Assembly: GCA_018816525.1 (NCBI GenBank)
Contig: JAHIVV010000037.1
Span: forward strand, 1 to 63,717
DNA length: 63,717 nucleotides
Source of the DNA: Elusimicrobiota bacterium
GTDB taxonomy: Bacteria > Elusimicrobiota > Endomicrobiia > CG1-02-37-114 > XYA2-FULL-39-19
Reading direction: 5' to 3'
The notes beneath the pieces are model-generated. The model saw only the letters and a program-made list of their open reading frames with translations. It was not told where the DNA came from and made no database searches. The translations under genes and the position numbers were made by a program. This document shows, one piece after another, positions 1 through 10,050 of this stretch. Positions within the stretch are counted from its first letter, which is position 1. The number at the start of each line of letters is the position of its first letter.

Positions 1-1052
1 ACAAAATAGACACAAATTTAAAACACGCCATAAATCACGCCGCAGAAAATATCGAATTCTTCCACAAATGCGAGCGCAATAAAATCACAAAATCCTGGAA
101 ATACTCAAACAAGGGTAAAACTGTCGGGCAGATTGTAAAGCCGGTTGAAACCATTTGTGTTTACATCGCCGGAGGTAAATACGCCTATTACCCTTCTATT
201 GTGCTGATGACAGTAATCCCTGCCAGGATAGCTGGGGTTAAAAATATATACATCGCTACGCCACCGGCGAACATTACCCCGTCGGTATTATATGCTGCAA
301 AAGCAGCAAAAGTTGACAAAGTATTCCGTGTCGGAGGCCCGCAGGCCATCGCGGGATTTGCTTTTGGAACTGAGGCCCTGCCGAAAGCTGACATGATAAT
401 AGGGCCGGGCAGCAGTTATGTCACTGAAGCTAAGAGGCAATTATTCGGTAACGTCGGAATTGATTTAATTGCCGGACCCAGCGAGGTTGCATTAATCTGC
501 GATTCATCTTCAAATCCGGTATATATTGCCTATGACCTGCTAGCCCAGATAGAACATGCTCCTGATGCAAAAGGATATTTGTACTGCGACTCAAAGAGAG
601 TAATAGAAAAGGTAAAAAAACTTATCGAGAAAGAAATAAAGAAAAACAAGGAAGATATTCCTCATTTATCCGTTAAAAGACAAATAATCATGGACTGCTG
701 CAGCCTGCAACAGTCTATTGATAAAGTAAATAAAATTGCTCCGGAACACTTGCAGATAATGCACAGAGGAGCAAAAAGTATAGTATCGAAAATAAAAAAT
801 GCAGGGGCGGTATTTATCGGCAAATATTCACCGGTTGCCGCAGGCGATTATTATGCAGGGCCCTCTCATACCCTGCCTACCGCAGGAACAGCCAGGTTTT
901 CTTCCGGGCTGTCAGTACAGACATTTATGAAAAAAACCAGTTATATCGAATATGATAACAAAGCCTTGAAAAGAGATTCAAAAGACATTATTCAGCTTGC
1001 ATACACAGAAGGCCTCAGAATGCACGGAAAGTCTGTAAAAGTCAGAACATAG
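1..1052 (+). CDS. hisD: Histidinol dehydrogenase, 5-prime end cut by the window edge (frame is open from nt 3)
   Basis: Frame of ORF 201..1052 stays open to the window start. It reads ...VYIAGGKYAYYPSIVLMTVIPARIAGV..., IEHAPDA, PEHLQI, GDYYAGPSHTLPT, which is a typical HisD core. Confidence 0.9.
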   Translation, partial: KIDTNLKHAINHAAENIEFFHKCERNKITKSWKYSNKGKTVGQIVKPVETICVYIAGGKYAYYPSIVLMTVIPARIAGVKNIYIATPPANITPSVLYAAKAAKVDKVFRVGGPQAIAGFAFGTEALPKADMIIGPGSSYVTEAKRQLFGNVGIDLIAGPSEVALICDSSSNPVYIAYDLLAQIEHAPDAKGYLYCDSKRVIEKVKKLIEKEIKKNKEDIPHLSVKRQIIMDCCSLQQSIDKVNKIAPEHLQIMHRGAKSIVSKIKNAGAVFIGKYSPVAAGDYYAGPSHTLPTAGTARFSSGLSVQTFMKKTSYIEYDNKALKRDSKDIIQLAYTEGLRMHGKSVKVRT

Positions 1053-1065
1053 AAGTAGGGGAATT

Positions 1066-1647
1066 ATGAAAGCAAACATAGAACGCAGGACAAAAGAAAC
1101 TGCTATAAAGATGCTGCTGAACCTCTCGGGAAAAGGGAAGCATAGCGTTAGAACATCCATCGCGTTTATGGATCATATGCTCACCTTGTTTGCACATCAC
1201 GGGAATTTTGACCTAATTGTATCCGCAAAAGGCGATACTGAAATAGATGACCATCATTTAGTTGAAGATATCGGCATTGTGCTGGGGCAGGCAGTAAAAA
1301 AAGCGCTCGGCGACAAAAAGGGGATTCAAAGGTATGGAAATTTCCTGATGCCGATGGATGAAGCATTATCCTATATAGCAATAGACATTTCCGCAAGGCC
1401 CTGCCTGGTTTATAAGGTAAAATTCGCAAAATCCTTCGCGGAAAAATTTAATTACAGTTTGCTGGAAGAGTTTTTTCAGGCATTTGCAAATAACGCAGGG
1501 GTCACTCTTCATATCTCCATGAAACATGGAAGGAACAATCATCATATTGCTGAATCAATTTTTAAAGGTTTTGGAAGGGCTCTTGCGCAGGCAGTAAAAA
1601 AAGACGCTAAAATAAAAAGAGTGCCTTCAACAAAAGGAAAACTTTAA
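1066..1647 (+). CDS. hisB: Imidazoleglycerol-phosphate dehydratase
   Basis: 193 aa. DDHHLVEDIGIVLG and GRNNHHIAESIFKGFGRAL match the IGPD metal-binding His motifs. No fused phosphatase domain. Confidence 0.93.
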   Translation: MKANIERRTKETAIKMLLNLSGKGKHSVRTSIAFMDHMLTLFAHHGNFDLIVSAKGDTEIDDHHLVEDIGIVLGQAVKKALGDKKGIQRYGNFLMPMDEALSYIAIDISARPCLVYKVKFAKSFAEKFNYSLLEEFFQAFANNAGVTLHISMKHGRNNHHIAESIFKGFGRALAQAVKKDAKIKRVPSTKGKL

Positions 1648-1658
1648 GAGGTACAAAA

Positions 1659-2375
1659 ATGATAATTATTCCGGCGATTGATATTCATCTGGGCAAATGT
1701 GTAATGTTAACCCAGGGTAAAATAGAAAAAGAAACGATTTATTCAAACGATCCTGTTTTCATGGCAAAAATGTGGCAATCTAAAGGCGCTAAAAGGATCC
1801 ATATAGTTGACCTTGACGGCGCATTCCGCGGCACTCCCCAGCACGTAGATTGTATTGCCCAGATAAGAAAATCTTTCATCGGGATAATCCAGCTCGGCGG
1901 CGGAATAAGGGACGAGAAAGCCATCAGTCATTTTATTGAACTGGGCATAGATAAGCTTATTCTTGGAACTTTGATGGTTTATAACCCGGAACTGACAAGA
2001 AAAACAATAAAAAAATACGGCGATAAAATCATAGGCGCGGTAGACATAACTGACGGAAAAATAGCCATCGGCGGCTGGAAAGAAATTACGGAAACGAATG
2101 CGGTCGATTTTGCAAAGAAACTTAAAGATAACGGCATGAAAGAAATTATAGTAACTGATGTGACAAAAGACGGCACTTTGGAAGGCGCAAATATCGAAGA
2201 GATAGGCAATATCGCCCGTACCAGCGGGCTTAGTGTTTTCGCTTCCGGCGGCATCGGCTCGCTTGAAGATGTAAAAAAAGTCAAGGAGATAGAAAAAGAC
2301 GGAGTTGCCGGGGTAATAATCGGGAAAGCGCTGTATAATGAATCCGTAAAATTTGAAGACTTGTTGAAAATATAA
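1659..2375 (+). CDS. hisA: ProFAR isomerase (HisA)
   Basis: 238-aa TIM-barrel protein. N-terminal IIPAIDIHLGKCV and C-terminal GVIIGKALY fit the HisA pattern rather than HisF. Confidence 0.88.
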   Translation: MIIIPAIDIHLGKCVMLTQGKIEKETIYSNDPVFMAKMWQSKGAKRIHIVDLDGAFRGTPQHVDCIAQIRKSFIGIIQLGGGIRDEKAISHFIELGIDKLILGTLMVYNPELTRKTIKKYGDKIIGAVDITDGKIAIGGWKEITETNAVDFAKKLKDNGMKEIIVTDVTKDGTLEGANIEEIGNIARTSGLSVFASGGIGSLEDVKKVKEIEKDGVAGVIIGKALYNESVKFEDLLKI

Positions 2376-2387
2376 GGGTTTTTAAAA

Positions 2388-2780
2388 ATGAACAACAAAA
2401 TAGCTGATTCACTGAAATATGACGCAAACGGGCTGATACTAGCCATAGTTCAGGATTATAAAACCGGCAAAGTATTGATGGTAGCTTATATGAACAGGGA
2501 ATCCTTCCTGTTGACCTCAAAAAACAAAAAAGCCTGTTTTTTCAGCCGTTCCAGGCAAAAACTATGGCTTAAAGGCGAATCATCAGGCAATGTCCAGCTG
2601 GTAAAAGAGATATTTGTAGATTGCGACGCAGACTGCATTCTGTTAAAAGTTAAACAAATCGGCGGTGCCGCATGCCATACGGGATACCAGTCCTGTTTCT
2701 ATAGAAAAATAGATAAAAACTTATTGAAGGTTACCGGAAAACCATTGTTTGACCCGAAAAAGGTTTACGGTAAAAAGTAA
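2388..2780 (+). CDS. hisI: Phosphoribosyl-AMP cyclohydrolase (HisI only, no HisE domain)
   Basis: 130 aa with [27 protein letters not shown] and [14 protein letters not shown]. Confidence 0.92.
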   Translation: MNNKIADSLKYDANGLILAIVQDYKTGKVLMVAYMNRESFLLTSKNKKACFFSRSRQKLWLKGESSGNVQLVKEIFVDCDADCILLKVKQIGGAACHTGYQSCFYRKIDKNLLKVTGKPLFDPKKVYGKK

Positions 2781-2781
2781 C

Positions 2782-4278
2782 ATGTTCTACCCTCCCTTAG
2801 AAGAATTCAAAAAAATTGCCGTAAACCATAACATTATTCCCGTATATAAGGAAATTCTTGCTGATTGCGAGACCCCTGTCTCTACGTTTGCAAAATTAGC
2901 GCTGGAAAAGGATTATTCCTACCTGCTGGAAAGCGTAGAAGGAACCGAAAGGTGGGGGAGATATTCTTTCATTTCCTGGGATCCAAAACTTATATTCAAA
3001 TCCAAAAATAAAAAGTACGAGATTATAGAAAATAAACAAGTTTTTAAGTCAAACTCTGAAAATCCTTTATCGGAACTAAAAAAACTTATGGCGGCCTATA
3101 AGCCCGCGGTTATCAAGGGCCTGCCCAGATTCTGGGGCGGGGCGGTAGGCTATATTGGCTACGAGATGATCCATAACTTTGAAGATATAGCGAGGATAAA
3201 CCAGAACCTGGAGCAGCTGCCTGATGCTATCCTGCTTTTTACGGACACAATAATTATTTTTGACCATTTCACGCATAAAACAAAAATCGTTGCCTGTGTC
3301 GACCTTGCGCAAAAAAATGTAAATTTAAACAAACAGTATTCTGACGCCTGTAAAAAGATAGATTCAATAATCAAAGAACTACGCAATAAACGCAATCTTG
3401 ATATTTCTAATTTTCTTGATTTCAACCGGGAAAATAAGCATGTTGTCGAGCCTAAATCAAATAACACAAAAACAGAATATATGGATAATGTAAAAAAAGC
3501 GAAGGAGTATATCCGGGCTGGTGATATTATCCAGACAGTAATATCTCAAAGGTTTGAAAAGAAAATCAGTGTTCACCCTTTTAAAATATACCGTGTTCTT
3601 AGGACGGTCAATCCTTCACCCTACATGTATTATCTCAACTTGAAGGATTTTCAGCTGATAGGGTCGTCTCCTGAAATACTTGTGAGAAAAGAAGACGATA
3701 TGGCTGAACTCAGGCCCATTGCCGGCACCAAACCCCGGGGCAAAGACGAAGCGGAAGAAAAAAAATACGAAAAAGCGTTATTGGCTTCTCCAAAGGAAAA
3801 AGCAGAACATATAATGCTTGTGGACCTTGGAAGAAACGACCTGGGCAGAGTTTGCGATTTTAATTCTATCAAAATACCAGAATTGATGGTTATAGAGAGA
3901 TACTCGCATGTGATCCATCTGGTTTCATTCATAATAGGAAAACTTAAAAAAGGCATGGACGCTTTTGACCTTTTTGAAGCCTGTTTCCCTGCCGGCACGG
4001 TTTCAGGCGCGCCGAAAATAAGAGCCATGGAAATAATTGCCGAGCTTGAGAAAACTCCCCGCGAAACCTACGCGGGCTCAGTTGGATATTTCTCTTATTC
4101 CGGAAACATGGATATGGCAATAACGATAAGAACTATTTTATTTAAAGATAAAACTGCATATGTCCAGGCGGGAGCGGGCCTGGTAGCTGATTCAGACCCT
4201 GAAACAGAATTTTACGAAACGCAAAATAAGGCAAAAGCGCTTTTTTCAGCCATTGATTTAGCTGAATCATCAAACTAA
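2782..4278 (+). CDS. trpE: Anthranilate synthase component I
   Basis: LESVEGTERWGRYSF, IAGTKPRG, LVDLGRNDLGRV, GAPKIRAMEII. I prefer ATG 2782, 1 nt after the hisI stop, over the ORF-track start 2749, which overlaps hisI. Confidence 0.92.
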   Translation: MFYPPLEEFKKIAVNHNIIPVYKEILADCETPVSTFAKLALEKDYSYLLESVEGTERWGRYSFISWDPKLIFKSKNKKYEIIENKQVFKSNSENPLSELKKLMAAYKPAVIKGLPRFWGGAVGYIGYEMIHNFEDIARINQNLEQLPDAILLFTDTIIIFDHFTHKTKIVACVDLAQKNVNLNKQYSDACKKIDSIIKELRNKRNLDISNFLDFNRENKHVVEPKSNNTKTEYMDNVKKAKEYIRAGDIIQTVISQRFEKKISVHPFKIYRVLRTVNPSPYMYYLNLKDFQLIGSSPEILVRKEDDMAELRPIAGTKPRGKDEAEEKKYEKALLASPKEKAEHIMLVDLGRNDLGRVCDFNSIKIPELMVIERYSHVIHLVSFIIGKLKKGMDAFDLFEACFPAGTVSGAPKIRAMEIIAELEKTPRETYAGSVGYFSYSGNMDMAITIRTILFKDKTAYVQAGAGLVADSDPETEFYETQNKAKALFSAIDLAESSN

Positions 4279-4288
4279 AGGAATCAAT

Positions 4289-4882
4289 ATGATACTTGTA
4301 ATAGATAACTACGATTCATTTACCTACAATCTTGTCCAGTATTTAGGGGAAATAGTCGCTGGAAAAGCGGGAACCCGGCAGTCTATTGCGGTTTACCGCA
4401 ACGATAAAATAACGGCTGCTCAAATTGAAAAAATAAATCCGGATTACATAATAATTTCACCCGGGCCTTGCACGCCGAAAGAAGCCGGCATTTCGGTTGA
4501 AGTTGCTAGAAAATTCGCAGGTAAAATACCTATTCTGGGAGTATGCCTGGGGCATCAATCGATAGTCTACGCTTTCGGCGGCAAAATTGTAAGAGCCAAA
4601 AAACTTATGCACGGGAAAACCTCGCAGGTTTATCATGATAAAAAAACGATATTCAAAGGAATAGCCAATCCTTTTGATGCCGCCAGGTATCATTCGCTTC
4701 TGGCAGAAAAAAAATCGCTTCCAAAAATGTTCCAGATAACTGCCTGGACTAAAGACGGTGAGATTATGGGAGTGAGAAGCAAAATACATAAATGCCCGGT
4801 TGAAGGAGTACAGTTTCACCCGGAGTCAATTTTAACCATAGAGGGCAAAAAGCTTTTAAGGAACTTTTTGAAACTAAAATGA
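4289..4882 (+). CDS. trpG: Anthranilate synthase component II (class-I glutamine amidotransferase)
   Basis: GVCLGHQ nucleophile-elbow Cys and GVQFHPES. Lies between trpE and trpD. ATGA overlap with trpD. Confidence 0.9.
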   Translation: MILVIDNYDSFTYNLVQYLGEIVAGKAGTRQSIAVYRNDKITAAQIEKINPDYIIISPGPCTPKEAGISVEVARKFAGKIPILGVCLGHQSIVYAFGGKIVRAKKLMHGKTSQVYHDKKTIFKGIANPFDAARYHSLLAEKKSLPKMFQITAWTKDGEIMGVRSKIHKCPVEGVQFHPESILTIEGKKLLRNFLKLK

Positions 4883-5898
4883 TCAAAGAAGCCATACAAA
4901 AAGTAGTCATTGGAAAGAACCTTACGGAAAAAGAAGCATCTGAAGTTATGACTGAAATAATGTCCGGGCAGGCCAGCGAAGCCCAGATTTCTTCTTTTAT
5001 TACCGCTTTGCGCATGAAAGGCGAAACAATCGATGAAATTACAGGATGCGCAAAAGTAATGCGCCAGTTTGCGGTTCCGTTTGTGTCAACAGTACCCCGT
5101 TCAGAAAGAATACTTGATACCTGCGGTACCGGAGGTGATTCCAGCAAAACCTTCAACATATCAACTGTAACAGCGTTTGTTGCGGTTGGCGCGGGCGCAT
5201 TTGTAGCGAAACACGGAAACAGGTCGGTTTCATCATCCTGCGGAAGCGCTGATTTGATGGAATCATTAGGGATAAAACTTGAGCTTACCAGAGAACAGGC
5301 CCAGCAGTGTTTAACAGAAGTAGGTATCGTTTTTCTTTTTGCTCCCGCCTGGCACACAGCAATGAAATATGCTGTCGGGCCGCGCAAACAAATCGGTATA
5401 AGGACAATTTTTAATGTATTAGGCCCTTTATCCAACCCAGCGAGCGCATCCGCCCAGCTTTTAGGCGTATATGCTTCTGAACTATGCGAGCCGCTTGCCT
5501 ATGCTTTAAAAAATATGGGGGCTAGACACGCATTTGTTTTTCATTCAGCGGATAATTTAGACGAAATTTCTATTTGTGATGAAACAAAAATTTATGAATT
5601 ATCAAACAACAAGATCAAAAGCTACACCATCAGGCCGGAAGATTTTGGCATTGAAAGGTCACAGCTCATCGAAATTGTTGGCGGAGATGTGAATGAAAAT
5701 ACAAAGATAACCATTGAAATACTTTCAGGGCAGAAAGGCGCGAGGCGTAACGCAGTCATTTTAAATGCCGGCGCGGCCCTGGTGGCCGCAGGAAAAGCAA
5801 AAGACATTAAAGAAGGGATTAAACTTGCCGAAAAATCAATCGATTCAGGCAAGGCGCTTAAAAAAGTGGAAGAACTTAAACAATTTACAAATAAGTGA
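4879..5898 (+). CDS. trpD: Anthranilate phosphoribosyltransferase
   Basis: CGTGGDSSKTFNIST, KHGNRSVSS, NVLGPLSNP. Confidence 0.93.
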   Translation: MIKEAIQKVVIGKNLTEKEASEVMTEIMSGQASEAQISSFITALRMKGETIDEITGCAKVMRQFAVPFVSTVPRSERILDTCGTGGDSSKTFNISTVTAFVAVGAGAFVAKHGNRSVSSSCGSADLMESLGIKLELTREQAQQCLTEVGIVFLFAPAWHTAMKYAVGPRKQIGIRTIFNVLGPLSNPASASAQLLGVYASELCEPLAYALKNMGARHAFVFHSADNLDEISICDETKIYELSNNKIKSYTIRPEDFGIERSQLIEIVGGDVNENTKITIEILSGQKGARRNAVILNAGAALVAAGKAKDIKEGIKLAEKSIDSGKALKKVEELKQFTNK

Positions 5899-5908
5899 AA
5901 ACATACAA

Positions 5909-6688
5909 ATGGAAGGTTTCCTAACTAAAATATTAACCGAAAAGAAAGAATCTGTTCTGCAAAAAAGAGCAAAGCTTCCGCTGTCAAAACTTCAGGAAAT
6001 GTTAAAGAGAGTCTCTCCTGCCAGGAATTTCAAAGAATCAATTTCAAAAAAATCAACTTTCAACATAATCGGGGAAATAAAGAAAGCTTCTCCTTCAGCG
6101 GGAATTATCCGCCCGCTTTATGACGCAGGCAAACTTGCAAAAGAACTTGCTGACGGGGGCGTTTCCGCTATTTCTGTGCTGACAGAGGAAAAACATTTCC
6201 ATGGGGATTTATTTCATTTAATAAGGGCTTATGACAGCGCGCCCATCCCTATTTTAAGAAAAGATTTTATTATAGATGAATACCAGATTTTTGAAGCCAG
6301 GGCCTATTTCGCTGATGCGGTTCTGCTGATTGCAGAATTACTGAGCGAACAGCAGTTGTGCGACTATTTAGCTGTTTGCAAAAGCATCGGCCTTTCTGCT
6401 TTGGTAGAATTGCATAATGAAAATCAGATAGATAAAGTAATCAAAGCAAACCCGGATATTATAGGAATAAATAACAGAAATCTTGATGATTTTTCAGTTG
6501 ATATTAGTTCTACTTTCAAGATAAAGAAGAAGCTTCCGGAAGGCAAGATTGTTGTTTCTGAAAGCGGTATAAAGACAAAGTATGATATTTTCAAGCTGAA
6601 GGATGCGGGGATAAATGCTGCGCTTATCGGCGAAACGCTGATGCGTGCAGAAAACATAAAAAGCAAGTTAATTGAATTGATAATGTGA
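5909..6688 (+). CDS. trpC: Indole-3-glycerol-phosphate synthase
   Basis: IGEIKKASPSAG, LRKDFIIDEYQI, GINNRNL, SESGI. ATG 5909 is chosen; the ORF-track start 5765 lies inside trpD. Confidence 0.9.
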   Translation: MEGFLTKILTEKKESVLQKRAKLPLSKLQEMLKRVSPARNFKESISKKSTFNIIGEIKKASPSAGIIRPLYDAGKLAKELADGGVSAISVLTEEKHFHGDLFHLIRAYDSAPIPILRKDFIIDEYQIFEARAYFADAVLLIAELLSEQQLCDYLAVCKSIGLSALVELHNENQIDKVIKANPDIIGINNRNLDDFSVDISSTFKIKKKLPEGKIVVSESGIKTKYDIFKLKDAGINAALIGETLMRAENIKSKLIELIM

Positions 6689-6703
6689 TAAAGGAAATTT
6701 GAT

Positions 6704-6910
6704 ATGAAAAAACACAATTCCTCTCTCCCCGAGATATTTCCCCTGCACATAAGGGCAGGGACGGTTCAAAAACCTAAAATTGACAAACTCCTCCCTGTGG
6801 TCGTCAAACATGTCAATTTTTTAACGGTTTTTTCACCTAAATATCTCAATGTCGTTCGAAATCGTGTTTTTCCATATCAATTCTTAAATGATTCTATAGG
6901 AGATATTTAA
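6704..6910 (+). CDS. Hypothetical 68-aa ORF in the trpC-trpF spacer; its reality is uncertain
   Basis: Weak SD (aaggaaatttgatATG). The stop overlaps the trpF ATG (TAATG). No recognisable motif and no Trp codons. Confidence 0.2.
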   Translation: MKKHNSSLPEIFPLHIRAGTVQKPKIDKLLPVVVKHVNFLTVFSPKYLNVVRNRVFPYQFLNDSIGDI

Positions 6911-7605
6911 TGACTAAAATTAAAATTTGCGGGATTACCAATTTTCAGGATGCATCCGATGCCGTTATGCTCGGCGCCGATTTCCTCGGATTTAACTTCT
7001 ACAAAGACAGCAAAAGAAAAATCTCCGTGAAAAACGCCGCTGATATAATAAAGAAACTACCACCAGTATTTATCCCGGTCGGCATCTTTGTTGATGATGT
7101 AATAGATAACATCGCTCTGACAGTAAAAAAATCCGGTGTAAAACACGTTCAACTGCATGGCAATGAGCCGCCTGAATATTGTACTGAGTTAACAGCCAAA
7201 TTGGCCGGCCAGGATATAAAGATTATAAAAGCTTTCAGAGTAAAAGGGGAAGAAACCCTGAATCAAATTGAGCTGTTTAAGGATGTTGTGGATTATTTCC
7301 TTTTAGACAGCTATGTTGAAGGCGAACTTGGGGGTACCGGTGTTTCTATGGAGGCCAATATTTCTTCTGAAGAGATTGATTCTGAAGTCAAGCCGGCTGT
7401 TTCGGGCTGGGATATTGCAATAGAAGCAAAAAGGTATAATAAGCCTATATTTCTGGCCGGGGGGCTTACTCCGGAGAATGTGGAAGAGGCAATTGAGAAA
7501 GTCCTGCCATTTGCGGTGGATGTAGCTTCCGGCGTTGAGCGCCTCCAGCGCCGCAAAGATTACGAAAAATTAAAGAAATTCATCACCTCCTCAAAAGCAT
7601 ATTAA
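6910..7605 (+). CDS. trpF: Phosphoribosylanthranilate isomerase, with an insert of about 19 aa after the GGTG loop
   Basis: KICGIT, VQLHGNE, LLDS..GGTG, FLAGGLTPENV, AVDVASGVE. Confidence 0.88.
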   Translation: MTKIKICGITNFQDASDAVMLGADFLGFNFYKDSKRKISVKNAADIIKKLPPVFIPVGIFVDDVIDNIALTVKKSGVKHVQLHGNEPPEYCTELTAKLAGQDIKIIKAFRVKGEETLNQIELFKDVVDYFLLDSYVEGELGGTGVSMEANISSEEIDSEVKPAVSGWDIAIEAKRYNKPIFLAGGLTPENVEEAIEKVLPFAVDVASGVERLQRRKDYEKLKKFITSSKAY

Positions 7606-7677
7606 AATTCCATTCCATCCTTAAACCTGTTTAAACCACAGTTCTATCAATTTCATGAATAAATTTAATAAATAATT

Positions 7678-7686
7678 TGCTATAAT
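7678..7686 (+). promoter_or_regulatory. Extended -10 promoter (TGcTATAAT) for the MNT gene
   Basis: tgctataat sits 19 nt upstream of ATG 7705, and SD gaggg lies between them. Confidence 0.45.
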
Positions 7687-7704
7687 ATAGCAGAGGGAAA
7701 TGAT

Positions 7705-8001
7705 ATGACAAATAGGTTAAAATATATCACAGAAACGACCGGGAAAATAATACCTGTTTTGAAAGAAAACAATGTAACAAAAGCGGGGATTTTTGGGTCT
7801 TTTTCAAGAGGGGATTCCAGGAAAAACAGCGATGTTGATATTCTTGTAGAAATTAAAAAGAACATCAGCCTGCTTGATTTTGTTGATTTAAAGCTAAAAC
7901 TTGAGTCAAAAATTGGCCGAAGAGTTGACCTTGTTGAGTACGGTGCAATAAAGCCGTTATTGAAGAAACGGATTTTAAGTGAAGAAACGCGAATAATATG
8001 A
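7705..8001 (+). CDS. Minimal nucleotidyltransferase (MNT/MntA antitoxin-type, Pol-beta superfamily)
   Basis: 98 aa. GIFGSFSRGDSRKNSDVDILV matches the GSxxRG...DxD signature. Confidence 0.85.
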   Translation: MTNRLKYITETTGKIIPVLKENNVTKAGIFGSFSRGDSRKNSDVDILVEIKKNISLLDFVDLKLKLESKIGRRVDLVEYGAIKPLLKKRILSEETRII

Positions 8002-8072
8002 AAAACATCCGGACTAGCTTAAAACGCAAAATCAAAGAAATCCTAAATAAAATCTAACCACAAACAAAAACT

Positions 8073-9248
8073 ATGAATCCTACTAAAAAAGGCTATTTTG
8101 GGCAGTTTGGCGGAAGGTTCATTCCTGAAACATTATTCAGCGCAATAGACGAGCTCACAGAAGTCTATTTCCGGATGAAAAAGAACAAAGCTTTCAATAA
8201 AAAATTAGCCTATTACCTCGAAAACTTCGTAGGCAGGCCGACCCCACTCTACTTCGCAGAAAACCTCACCAAATACCTCAAAGGCCCAAAAATTTATTTC
8301 AAAAGAGAAGACCTCTGCCATACCGGCTCTCATAAAATCAATAACACCATCGGCCAGATACTACTCGCCAAAGAAATTGGCAAAAAACGAATCATTGCTG
8401 AAACCGGCGCCGGCCAGCACGGCGTAGCCACTGCCACAGCCGCCGCTTTATTCGGGCTCAAATGCGAAGTATATATGGGCGAAGAAGACATCCGGCGCCA
8501 ATCAGTAAACGTAGAAAGAATGAAGTTGTTGGGAACGAAAGTAGTTCCAGTCAAATCCGGTACAAAAACCCTAAAAGATGCCATAAATGAAGCTATGCGC
8601 GATTGGGTAACAAACGTTGAAGACACCTTCTACGTTATCGGTTCAGCTATAGGCCCACACCCTTATCCTTTAATGGTAAGAAATTTTCAAAGCGTAATAG
8701 GAAAAGAAGTAAAAAGACAGATATTTAAAGCCGAAGGCAGATTACCTAATTACCTTCTCGCCTGTGTAGGAGGAGGGTCTAATTCCATCGGTTTATTCTC
8801 GCCATTTTATAACGACAAAAAAGTGAAATTTATCGGTGTAGAAGCGGGCGGTTACGGCATTAAAACCGTAAAACATTCTGCAACGCTCAGCGCCGGTTCC
8901 GTAGGAATACTCCACGGCACAAAAACATATATCTTGCAGGATAAAAACGGCCAAATCCTGCCGACACATTCAATTTCGGCAGGGCTGGATTATCCCGGAG
9001 TCGGCCCTGAACATTCCTTTTACAAAGACTCAAAAAGGGCTGAATATGTATCAGTAAACGATAAAGAAGTTTTGAAAGCTTTCCATTTCTTTTCGGAACT
9101 TGAAGGCATCATCCCCGCTCTTGAATCCACCCACGCAATTGCGTATCTTTTAAATAACAAAAACCGGTTCTCTAAAAACGATATCCTGGTAGTAGGTTTG
9201 TCAGGCAGAGGGGACAAAGATTCAACAATAGTAAACGAAAATGAATAG
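8073..9248 (+). CDS. trpB: Tryptophan synthase beta chain
   Basis: HTGSHKINN (PLP Lys), [16 protein letters not shown]. Confidence 0.95.
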   Translation: MNPTKKGYFGQFGGRFIPETLFSAIDELTEVYFRMKKNKAFNKKLAYYLENFVGRPTPLYFAENLTKYLKGPKIYFKREDLCHTGSHKINNTIGQILLAKEIGKKRIIAETGAGQHGVATATAAALFGLKCEVYMGEEDIRRQSVNVERMKLLGTKVVPVKSGTKTLKDAINEAMRDWVTNVEDTFYVIGSAIGPHPYPLMVRNFQSVIGKEVKRQIFKAEGRLPNYLLACVGGGSNSIGLFSPFYNDKKVKFIGVEAGGYGIKTVKHSATLSAGSVGILHGTKTYILQDKNGQILPTHSISAGLDYPGVGPEHSFYKDSKRAEYVSVNDKEVLKAFHFFSELEGIIPALESTHAIAYLLNNKNRFSKNDILVVGLSGRGDKDSTIVNENE

Positions 9249-10050
9249 ATTAGAAAATAAACTGCATCAATTAAAAAGACAGAATAAAAAAGCGCTGATC
9301 AGCTATATGACAGCAGGTTATCCTGATATTAAATCTACCGAAAAAATAGTATCATACCTTGAAAAATACGGTTCAGACATAATTGAGCTTGGCTTGCCTT
9401 TTTCCGACCCTATAGCGGACGGCCCCGTAATTCAAAACTCTTCCTTCAAAGCACTTCAAAAAGGAATGACCGCAAAACTGATACTGAAAATAATTTCCAA
9501 CATCAGAAAACGCACGCAAATTCCTATCATAATAATGACCTATCTAAATCCGGTACACCGTTACGGACCGGAAAAATTCTTTGCTGACGCGAAACAAGCC
9601 GGGGTTGACGGCCTTATTATCCCTGACATTACTCCCGAAGAAGGCAGGTTCATAATAAATCTCTCAAAAAAATACAACATTTCCGTGATATTTCTTATAA
9701 CGCCCACAACCGCAAAAAGCAGGCAGAGTTTTATCCTGAATAAAAGCCGCGGGTTTGTATATGTTGTTTCTATCACCGGAGTGACAGGCTCCAAGAAACA
9801 ATTTCACCCGGCAATAATAAAGTTCATAAAAGAAATACGCAGAAAAACCCATAAACCTCTGATGCTGGGTTTCGGCATATCTGCTGCCGGCCAGGTCAGC
9901 AATATAAAAAAGCTTGTGAATGGAATTATAATCGGCTCCGCTATCGTGAAAATTACGGGAGAATCAAAAGCTTCCGAACTGGAAAACAATCTAAGCAAAT
10001 TTTTAACACCGTTTCGAAAGGAATTGGGAGGAGAACCCCATGGCAATTGA
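9241..10050 (+). CDS. trpA: Tryptophan synthase alpha chain
   Basis: [18 protein letters not shown] and GFGIS. 8-nt overlap with trpB. Confidence 0.92.
   Translation: MNRLENKLHQLKRQNKKALISYMTAGYPDIKSTEKIVSYLEKYGSDIIELGLPFSDPIADGPVIQNSSFKALQKGMTAKLILKIISNIRKRTQIPIIIMTYLNPVHRYGPEKFFADAKQAGVDGLIIPDITPEEGRFIINLSKKYNISVIFLITPTTAKSRQSFILNKSRGFVYVVSITGVTGSKKQFHPAIIKFIKEIRRKTHKPLMLGFGISAAGQVSNIKKLVNGIIIGSAIVKITGESKASELENNLSKFLTPFRKELGGEPHGN

Noticed and set aside
4764-5435. A 223-aa ORF antisense to trpG/trpD, and similar long antisense ORFs at 1979-2446, 27457-27963, 31710-32135, 40667-41083, 55428-55811, 56082-56498 and 56762-57169.
   Set aside because: Each lies fully inside a confidently identified gene on the other strand. 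They have low-complexity or odd composition, no SD and no recognisable motifs. These are typical shadow ORFs of the antisense frame.
6689-6909. A T-box riboswitch, TRAP-binding (G/U)AG repeats or a Trp-rich leader peptide in the trpC-trpF spacer.
   Set aside because: There is no T-box consensus, no spaced GAG/UAG triplet array, and the 68-codon ORF has no Trp codons. The spacer is kept only as an unexplained structured region.
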